This document shows, one piece after another, positions 27,175 through 34,959 of a stretch of DNA of 64,000 bases. Position 1 is the stretch's first letter, and every line of letters starts with the position of its first letter. Origin of the DNA: an uncultured Bacilli bacterium (lineage in GTDB: Bacteria; Bacillota_I; Bacilli_A; RF39; UBA660). The position numbers and the translations under genes are program-made. The DNA lies in the NCBI GenBank assembly GCA_947630575.1, contig CANRIB010000004.1, positions 3,027-67,026 of the forward strand, read 5' to 3'. The notes beneath the pieces were generated by a model. That model did not search any database. It saw only the letters and a list, made by a program, of their open reading frames with translations, and had not been told where the DNA came from.

Positions 27175-29161
27175 AGTGGCTTTAATTGGTACTCCCAATG
27201 TGGGGAAATCATCTTTATATAATATTTTAACTAATAATCATGTGCATACAGGAAATTGGGCAGGAAAGACGGTGGATTTTACAAGAGGAGAATGTATAAA
27301 GAAGAAAACAAAGTTTATTTTTTATGATTTACCAGGAACGTATTCTATAATATCTAAATCAAAAGAAGAAGTCGTGGCAACAGATTTTATAGTTCAGGAA
27401 GATTTTGATGTAGCAGTAGTAGTAACTGATGCGACTAGTTTAGAAAAAGGAATAACTTTAGTTTTACAAGTTCAAGAAATGGTTAAGAAAGTTGTCTTGT
27501 GTGTAAATTTAATTGATGAAGCAAAGAAAAAAGGAATAGATATTGATAAAGAATTATTGAGTAATAATTTAGGGTGTCCAGTAGTATTTACTAGTGCAAA
27601 AAATAATATGGGATTAGATAGTTTGTTAGAAAATATTGAAAATGTTTTAGAACAAAATTATTTAGATATTAATTATGGTATTTTAAATAAATATATTAAT
27701 ATTATTAATGATGATATTGTTGGTTATTCGGGTAATAAGAAATGGCTTAGTTTGAGGGTTTTAGAGAATAATAAACATTATAGAGAGATGTTTCGGGATA
27801 AAATTAAATTAGATAAAAATAAAGAAAAACAAATTAGAGAGGAACTTCTTAATGTAGATATACCTTTAGAAATAGTAATAAAAATGAAGAGAGAAGTAAA
27901 AAATAAATTAAAGGGTGTTGTAAAGAAAAATAGTAATAATAATCTTAATAAAGAACGGAAAATAGATAAAATACTTACAAGTAAAATATGGGGAATTCCC
28001 ATTATGTTACTCATGCTTTTTGGGCTTTTTTATATTACTATAATTGGGGCTAATTATCCATCAGATATATTATTTAGTTTTTTTCAGAGTTTGGAAGATA
28101 ATTTAATTGATGGTTTAAATTTTTTACATATTCCTACGGTTATAGGGGATTTATTAGTTAATGGAGTTTATAAAACATTATATTGGGTTATTTCAGTCAT
28201 GATGCCTCCAATGTTGATTTTCTTTCCTTTATTTAGTTTTTTGGAAGATTTAGGAGTTTTGCCTAGAATTGCTTTTAATATGGATAAAGCATTTAGTAAG
28301 TGCAATGCATGTGGAAAACAAGCGCTTACAATGTGTATGGGTATTGGGTGCAATGCTGTTGGAGTTACAGGAGCGAGAATAATTGATTCAAAAAGAGAAA
28401 GAATAATTGCAATACTTACTAATGTTTTTATGCCTTGTAATGGGAAATTTCCAACAATAATTGCGATAATAACAATGTTTATGGTCGGTTTAAATAATAT
28501 TTATGGAAGTTTGATATGTGCTTTAATACTCACAGGTTTTATATTTTTAGGAATAGTTGTAACTTTTGGAATTAGTTATTTACTATCTAAAACAATACTT
28601 AAGGGAGAAGCATCAAGTTTTACTTTGGAGCTACCACCTTATCGGGTGCCTAAAATATTAGAAACTATTGTTAGTAGTATTAAGAATAGAGCTATTTTTG
28701 TTTTGGTTAGAGCTGTTAAGGTGGCAATCCCGGCAGGAGTTATTATTTGGTTGGTAGCAAATGTTAATATTAAAGGTTTATCAATCATGGAATATTTAGT
28801 AGATTTTTTAAATCCAGTAGGGTTAATGTTGGGATTAGATGGAGTTATTATTTTAGCTTTACTTTTAGGTTTTCCGGCCAATGAAATAGTAGTTCCGGTG
28901 ATGCTTATGTGTTATCTTAAAACTAGTACTTTAATAGATTTTACAAATATAGAAGCTTTAAAAAATATATTGATTGTTAATGGATGGACAATAAAAACGG
29001 CGATTTGTTTTATATTATTAATGTTATTTCATTATCCTTGTTCAACAACTATGCTTACAATAAAAAAAGAAACTGGTAGTTTATATTATACTTTAATCGC
29101 ATTTATTTTGCCTTTATTAGTTGGTGTTATTTTATGTATGGTGGTTAATATTATTTTTTAA
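27161..29161 (+). CDS. feoB: Ferrous iron transporter B
   Basis: G-domain GTPNVGKSSL / DLPGTYS, followed by a polytopic permease domain. Confidence 0.93.
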   Translation: MKEIKVALIGTPNVGKSSLYNILTNNHVHTGNWAGKTVDFTRGECIKKKTKFIFYDLPGTYSIISKSKEEVVATDFIVQEDFDVAVVVTDATSLEKGITLVLQVQEMVKKVVLCVNLIDEAKKKGIDIDKELLSNNLGCPVVFTSAKNNMGLDSLLENIENVLEQNYLDINYGILNKYINIINDDIVGYSGNKKWLSLRVLENNKHYREMFRDKIKLDKNKEKQIREELLNVDIPLEIVIKMKREVKNKLKGVVKKNSNNNLNKERKIDKILTSKIWGIPIMLLMLFGLFYITIIGANYPSDILFSFFQSLEDNLIDGLNFLHIPTVIGDLLVNGVYKTLYWVISVMMPPMLIFFPLFSFLEDLGVLPRIAFNMDKAFSKCNACGKQALTMCMGIGCNAVGVTGARIIDSKRERIIAILTNVFMPCNGKFPTIIAIITMFMVGLNNIYGSLICALILTGFIFLGIVVTFGISYLLSKTILKGEASSFTLELPPYRVPKILETIVSSIKNRAIFVLVRAVKVAIPAGVIIWLVANVNIKGLSIMEYLVDFLNPVGLMLGLDGVIILALLLGFPANEIVVPVMLMCYLKTSTLIDFTNIEALKNILIVNGWTIKTAICFILLMLFHYPCSTTMLTIKKETGSLYYTLIAFILPLLVGVILCMVVNIIF

Positions 29162-29254
29162 GATAAGAAAAAAAGAGGAGAAATTTATATTTATATTTTC
29201 ACTCTTTTTAATATTTAAAAATATTGCTTATATCATGTTTAATTTATGATAATT

Positions 29255-29515
29255 TTAATTATTATTCTTAACTGGTTTATTATAAGAAATAATATCTGTT
29301 AAATCGCAATTTAAAACATAACATAATTTAGCAAGAACATCTCCATCATATCTAGCAATATTACCAGTTATATATCTTTCTAGGACTATATGATGCAAAC
29401 CAGTTCTTTTAGCAAGTTGGGTTTTAGTTAAGTTTCTTTCTTGCATTATTTTTTTAATACTACACGTGACTGTTCCATAATTTACATAAGTTATTATACT
29501 TTCTTGATTATTCAT
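29255..29515 (-). CDS. XRE-family HTH regulator
   Basis: 86 aa (LTKTQLAKRTGLHHIVLERY...LCYVLNCDLTDII). Divergent from paralog B. Confidence 0.8.
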   Translation of the reverse strand: MNNQESIITYVNYGTVTCSIKKIMQERNLTKTQLAKRTGLHHIVLERYITGNIARYDGDVLAKLCYVLNCDLTDIISYNKPVKNNN

Positions 29516-29650
29516 GATATCCTCCTAAATATATCTTAACAAAAATTACGTATATAGAAGAGACGTTTATATATTCGGTACAGAAATGCAAAAAAAGTAT
29601 ATACAATTAAAAAAAATTAAGTTATAATGTATAAAAATAGGAGTGATTAT

Positions 29651-31849
29651 ATGACTAAAGAAACTAAAAGATTATTTATTGTTGAAGGAATTATTTTGCT
29701 GATTGTTTTAACTATTGGTATTGGTTATGCTTTTTTATCAACAAGTGGTAAACAAGAATTAGCCAATACTTTTACAGCAGGTTGTTTAAGTATAACAATA
29801 GAAGAAGAGGGAAGAGCAATAGATTTAGAAAATGCTTATCCCATAACAGATATAGAAGGATTAGAACAAGATGGATATACTTTTAAAATAAAGAATAATT
29901 GTAGTAATGATACAAATTATCAAATTAATTTAGAATCATTAAGTAATCCAACAGCAGATACAACATTAAAAGCCGATTATGTAAGAGTATCCCTTTCAAG
30001 TGATACAATGGATAATTTAATAACAACATTAAAAGAAAATGATGTAGCAACATATCATTCAGAAAATGCTTATGTATCTTATAATCTTTATAGTGGAATA
30101 TTAAAAGGAAGTGCAAGTAAATCATTTACTTTAAAAGAATGGGTAGAATATAATACAACCAAAGAAGAAGGAGCAAGTAAAGAATATAAATCACAGATAA
30201 ATGTAGTAAGTGATACAAGAGTAGAAGTAACACCAAAACCAGAGATAACATTTGCTTATAGTGGAAATACGATAAAAGGAACAATAGCAGGTAGTGCAAC
30301 AGATATAACATATTGTGAAACAAAAGATAATAGATGTGAACCAAAACAAAATGGAGAAATACAAGAACAAACAACCTCAATAACATTAAATGAAGAATCA
30401 AAAACAAAAGAAGTAACAACCAAATTAGGAGTATTAAATGTATATCAAGATTATAAAAGAATGATATGTGCAAAATTGGATAATGGAAAGACAATATGCA
30501 GTAATCCAGATACAGGAAGTGGGACACCAGATTTTAGCATTAATAGTGATTACGCTGATAATGATTTCAAAGTATGTACATATAAGGGAATTAGTGTTAA
30601 CACAGGATATGCTCCAGAAGAAATGTGCCAGTTAGTTTTTGAAATAACTAGAAATGGTAGTTATTATTATCAAGATGGTTTAATGGAATATGAACTTAGA
30701 ATAAGTTCTGATTCTAAGCGTGTAGGTTTAGCTATTTGGGATGAAGAAAAACAAATATGTACTTACAATGGAAATGAAATCAAAACTTGGGGTGAACAAA
30801 GGATTAACCAAGAAAATTGCTTGTTTGCTTATGAACAAAATGGTAAATATATTACTTTTAATCTAATAGATGAAATGAAAGAGACTTATAATGCAGATAA
30901 TATAAATTTTTTAGGAGCGGGTACTTTAAGTACTGCTGTTGGAAAAACCGGAATATATGAAACAAAAGATGAAGAAGGAACAAGTTATTATTATAGAGGA
31001 GCAGTAGAAAATAATTATGTAGAGTTTGCAGGATTTTATTGGCGAATAATTAGGATAAATGGAAATGGTTCCATACGTTTAATTTATAGTGGAAAAAAAG
31101 ATGAAGTAAATGAAATAGGTAAAGAAACAATATTAAAAAATGGATATAAGGATACAAATGGTTATAAAATGATAACATTAAAAGATGAAAGAAAATATGG
31201 TACCTATAATGGAGATGTTAACGATAATGCCTATGTAGGATATATGTATGGAACACCTGGTTCAAATAATTATACTGATGCTCATGAAAATATAAATGAA
31301 AGTAATGTTAAGAAAGAATTAGATAATTGGTATATAGCAAATTTAAAACAAGTAGAAGATAAATTAGATACACAAGCCGGCTTTTGTAATGATAGAAGTT
31401 TAGCAGAAGGATATGAAAATGTTGGATATGGAACGAAAGAAACATATTATGGAGCATCGGATAGAATAAAAAATAAATATCAGCCAACCTTAAAATGCGT
31501 TAATAAAGATAATGATTATTTCACATGGAAGGGACATGCCAATACTGGTAATAAAGTATTAACCAATCCGATAGGATTAATCACAGCCGATGAAGCAATG
31601 TATGCTGGAGCGAATACTGTTCCGAATGATACTTATTATTTATATACAGGTCAGAATTATTGGACAATGTCTCCGTATGACTTTAACGGCAGCTATGCTG
31701 GCGTGTTCTGTGTGAGTTCGTTTGGCTACCTCGGCTACTACTACGTGGACAGCACGAACATCGGTGTGCGCCCAGTAGTAAATGTGGACCCTAATAAAGT
31801 AAGTATTTCTGGAACTGGTACTATAGATAATCCTTATCTTTTCTCTTAA
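29651..31849 (+). CDS. Surface protein paralog B: SipW-type signal peptide/TasA-like N-region plus the family core and C-terminal lectin-like domain
   Basis: Start MTKETKRL with a TAGGAG RBS (ORF track starts at 29627). GYAFLSTSGKQELANTFTAGCLSI resembles the SipW-cognate signal class. Core motifs: YYYRG, FYWRIIRINGNGSIRLIY, AGFCNDR, LKC, GLITADEAMYAG, YWTMSP, GVRPVVNV. Confidence 0.8.
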   Translation: MTKETKRLFIVEGIILLIVLTIGIGYAFLSTSGKQELANTFTAGCLSITIEEEGRAIDLENAYPITDIEGLEQDGYTFKIKNNCSNDTNYQINLESLSNPTADTTLKADYVRVSLSSDTMDNLITTLKENDVATYHSENAYVSYNLYSGILKGSASKSFTLKEWVEYNTTKEEGASKEYKSQINVVSDTRVEVTPKPEITFAYSGNTIKGTIAGSATDITYCETKDNRCEPKQNGEIQEQTTSITLNEESKTKEVTTKLGVLNVYQDYKRMICAKLDNGKTICSNPDTGSGTPDFSINSDYADNDFKVCTYKGISVNTGYAPEEMCQLVFEITRNGSYYYQDGLMEYELRISSDSKRVGLAIWDEEKQICTYNGNEIKTWGEQRINQENCLFAYEQNGKYITFNLIDEMKETYNADNINFLGAGTLSTAVGKTGIYETKDEEGTSYYYRGAVENNYVEFAGFYWRIIRINGNGSIRLIYSGKKDEVNEIGKETILKNGYKDTNGYKMITLKDERKYGTYNGDVNDNAYVGYMYGTPGSNNYTDAHENINESNVKKELDNWYIANLKQVEDKLDTQAGFCNDRSLAEGYENVGYGTKETYYGASDRIKNKYQPTLKCVNKDNDYFTWKGHANTGNKVLTNPIGLITADEAMYAGANTVPNDTYYLYTGQNYWTMSPYDFNGSYAGVFCVSSFGYLGYYYVDSTNIGVRPVVNVDPNKVSISGTGTIDNPYLFS
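31658..31777 (+). other. G+C-rich variable-region-like block in paralog B
   Basis: About 52% G+C by hand count in an otherwise AT-rich gene. Scaffold nucleotides are identical to the block in paralog C. Differences are concentrated in NNC/NNT codons. Confidence 0.55.
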
Positions 31850-31939
31850 AAATATTTTTTAAAAGTTGATTTGAAATAAATTATTGTTTTGGCTAGTATT
31901 TTGTGATATGATAATAATAGTTAAAGGGAGAGAATAGGT

Positions 31940-34345
31940 GTGGCACAGTTAGAAGCACATTTTAAAGTTGATTATAAGAATGCCATGAGTCAGAGTAAAG
32001 CGGTGTTTCGAGGAAGTAAATATCGAATTACAATTTTAACTGAAAGACTTATTCGTTTAGAGTATGACCAAAATGGTAATTTCTTTGACCATCCAACAGA
32101 ATTTGCAAGATTCCGAAATTTTCCTGTGCCTGAATTTCAAGTAGAAGAAAATGATAAAACTCTCGTTATTCAAACTAAATATTTTGTTTTACAATATATA
32201 AAAGAAAAACCTTTTGTAGGACCTAAATATGCACCTGATAGTTATTTAAAAGTAGGGCTTATGAATAGTGATAAAATATGGTATTTTGATCATCCAGAGG
32301 CAAGAAATTTTGGCGGAACAAAAGTATCTTTAGATAAAGGTATTAAAGGGGCTTTAAATAAAGGATTATATTCTACGGATGGTTTTGCATCAATTGATGA
32401 TTCAAAGAGTTTAGTATTTATGGAAGATGGTTTTTTAGTTAAACCAACGGCTAAAAGAATAGATACATATTTATTTATTTATCGAAGAGATTTTGGACTT
32501 TGTTTAAAAGATTATTTTACTTTAACAGGATATCCTCCTTTAATTCCAAGATATGCTTTAGGTATTTGGTGGAATAGAGATGTAATATATTCATTTAAAG
32601 ATAGTCAAAAATTATTGCAGGCTTTTAATAGTCATGAGATACCTATTGCAGTTTTTCTTCTTAATGAATTTTGGCATTTAAAAGATAAAAGAGATTTAAA
32701 TAAACATAAAACAGGTTTTACTTTTGCCAAAGAATTATTTCCTGATCCTTATGAATTTACAACTTATATGCATGAGAGAGGGGTTAGAGTAGGACTTAAT
32801 ATTGATCCTTTTGAAGGAATTGGGGAACATGAAGAGAAGTTTAGAACAATATCAACTGAACTTGGTCTTATTAATACAAGAAATATTCCTTTTAATGCTT
32901 TTGATAAAACTTTTTTGGCAGTTTATTTTACTCATTTAATTAAACCACTTGATAGTTTGGGGGTAGATTTTTACTGGCTTGATTATAATAAAGATTTAGC
33001 AAGTTTAAGAGCCCTTAATCATTATCATTTTTGGAATTATAAAAAAGATAATCGAAAAAGAGCTAATTTAATGAGTAGAGCATCAAATATTGCTCCCCAT
33101 TTAAATGGAATACATTATTCTGGTCAAACGAGTGTTAGTTGGGATACTTTAAATTATTTACCTTCTTTTAATTCTAGTGCCTCAAATATAGGGGTTTCTT
33201 GGTGGAGTCATGATATTGGGGGATTTAAGGGAGGTATGGAAGACAGTGAGCTATATGTTAGATATGTAGAACTTGGCTGTTTTAGTCCAATATTTAGATT
33301 TGCATCTGAACGTGGACATTATTACAAAAGAGAACCTTGGGCTTGGGATGTTAAAACATACACTATTGCAAAATTTTATTGTAATTTAAGACATAGATTA
33401 ATTCCATATTTATATACTGAAAATTATAAATATCATAAGACGGGTCTTCCTTTAGTGCAACCTTTATATTATAGTTATCCAGAAATATATGATGAACCAG
33501 CATATAAAAATGAATATTATTTTGGAAGTGAGTTTTTGGTTAAACCAATTACAAAAAAGCAAGATAATGTTATGAATAGGTGTGTTGAACATATATTTTT
33601 ACCTAAAGGAACTTGGTATGATTTTAAAACAGGAAAGAAGTTTCCAGGAAATAGAAGATATGTAGCTTTTTATAAAGATGATGATTATCCAGTTTTTGCA
33701 AAAAGTGGGGCAATTATTCCGCTTGCAATATTACCTAAAAATATTAATGATACTAATCCACCTGTTTCAATGGAGATTCATGTTTTTCCGGGACGTAGTA
33801 ACATTTATAAATTATATGAAGATGATGGATATTCTAATTTACAAGAAGAAGGTTATTATATAGTAACCGCGATAGATTATAATTATCTGGCAAATAACTA
33901 TACTTTAATTATTAGACCAATTGAAGGTAAAGCGGGTATTATTCCTAAGATGCGTAATTATAAGATAAGATTTAGAAATACAAGAGAAGCAGAAGATGTT
34001 AAAGCTTATATTAATGGAGAAGAAATACCTTTGGAATCTTATGCCGATGATGTAGATTTTATTGTAGAAGTTAAGAAAATTCCGACTACTTGTCAATTAA
34101 CTATTAATTGTAAAGGTAAAGATATTGAAATAGATGCGGTAAGACTTATTAATGAAGATATTAATTCAATTATTAGTGATGCTAAAATTAATACTAATTT
34201 AAAAGAAAAGATTGCTTCTATTATGTTTAGTAATATGGAAGTTAATAAAAAGAGAATTGAAATAAGGAAGTTAAAGAGAAAAGGTTTAAGTGATACTTTT
34301 ATTAAAATGTTTATAAAATTACTTGAATATATTTCAGAAATTTAG
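31940..34345 (+). CDS. Glycoside hydrolase family 31 (alpha-glucosidase/alpha-xylosidase-like)
   Basis: 801 aa with GVDFYWLDYN and WSHDIGGF catalytic-region motifs. GTG start. Confidence 0.85.
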   Translation: MAQLEAHFKVDYKNAMSQSKAVFRGSKYRITILTERLIRLEYDQNGNFFDHPTEFARFRNFPVPEFQVEENDKTLVIQTKYFVLQYIKEKPFVGPKYAPDSYLKVGLMNSDKIWYFDHPEARNFGGTKVSLDKGIKGALNKGLYSTDGFASIDDSKSLVFMEDGFLVKPTAKRIDTYLFIYRRDFGLCLKDYFTLTGYPPLIPRYALGIWWNRDVIYSFKDSQKLLQAFNSHEIPIAVFLLNEFWHLKDKRDLNKHKTGFTFAKELFPDPYEFTTYMHERGVRVGLNIDPFEGIGEHEEKFRTISTELGLINTRNIPFNAFDKTFLAVYFTHLIKPLDSLGVDFYWLDYNKDLASLRALNHYHFWNYKKDNRKRANLMSRASNIAPHLNGIHYSGQTSVSWDTLNYLPSFNSSASNIGVSWWSHDIGGFKGGMEDSELYVRYVELGCFSPIFRFASERGHYYKREPWAWDVKTYTIAKFYCNLRHRLIPYLYTENYKYHKTGLPLVQPLYYSYPEIYDEPAYKNEYYFGSEFLVKPITKKQDNVMNRCVEHIFLPKGTWYDFKTGKKFPGNRRYVAFYKDDDYPVFAKSGAIIPLAILPKNINDTNPPVSMEIHVFPGRSNIYKLYEDDGYSNLQEEGYYIVTAIDYNYLANNYTLIIRPIEGKAGIIPKMRNYKIRFRNTREAEDVKAYINGEEIPLESYADDVDFIVEVKKIPTTCQLTINCKGKDIEIDAVRLINEDINSIISDAKINTNLKEKIASIMFSNMEVNKKRIEIRKLKRKGLSDTFIKMFIKLLEYISEI

Positions 34346-34354
34346 TAGAATATA

Positions 34355-34547
34355 GGAAATACGTGGAAGAAAAGAGTAGTAATAAAATAATTTATTTAAA
34401 GCGAGCTTGAGATGGTGGAAGTCAAGTAATAAAAATTTATGAACTTGCTTTTTAGAGTATTAGGGGTAATCTCCCATAAAGGATTATTAAAGAGATAAAT
34501 AAAGGTGGTACCGCGGAATTTTCGCCCTTAGGTATGACCTTTTTTTA
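34355..34547 (+). promoter_or_regulatory. T-box riboswitch leader, probable Leu (CUU) specifier, with terminator
   Basis: AGTA box; GGTGGAA distal motif; GAA-CTT-G specifier-loop candidate. Conserved T-box AAAGGTGGTACCGCG at 34500-34514. Terminator AGGTGGTACC/GGTATGACCT plus a T run at 34502-34547. Confidence 0.8.
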
Positions 34548-34563
34548 GTTTAAAGGAGGATAT

Positions 34564-34959
34564 ATGGATTATTTAAAAACTTTATATTTGTTTGTAGGAT
34601 TAATGCTGGTGGTTTTTTTAGTAGATTATTATTTAATTAATAAAAGAAAATTAAAATTAATTAATAATAAAGGTAAAAATAAAAAGGGAAAGAATAAGAA
34701 AGTTAAACCGATTGGGGAATTAGATTATTTAATTATTAAGTTTAAATTAAAAGAAAAGAAATTAAATAAAGAGAGAGTAATATTTTGGATTGCCATTATA
34801 AATAGTTTTATTATCGCGTTTGTTTCAAGTATAATTATGTTACTGGATATTCCGATGGTATTTCAATTGTTAGTGGCATTCGTGTTGTTATTTAGTTTAA
34901 TTTATTCTTTATATGAAATTTATGGAAGATATTTAAGAAAATTGGAGGAGAAAAAATAA
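34564..34959 (+). CDS. Small membrane protein between the T-box and leuS
   Basis: 131 aa with an AGGAGG RBS, 3 predicted TM helices and a Lys-rich loop. Its stop overlaps the leuS ATG (TAATG). Confidence 0.6.
   Translation: MDYLKTLYLFVGLMLVVFLVDYYLINKRKLKLINNKGKNKKGKNKKVKPIGELDYLIIKFKLKEKKLNKERVIFWIAIINSFIIAFVSSIIMLLDIPMVFQLLVAFVLLFSLIYSLYEIYGRYLRKLEEKK

Noticed and set aside
30126-30527. 133-aa Leu/His-rich minus-strand ORF (and 29925-30125) inside paralog B
   Set aside because: It has the repetitive low-complexity translation of the complement of an A-rich coding strand, with no RBS.
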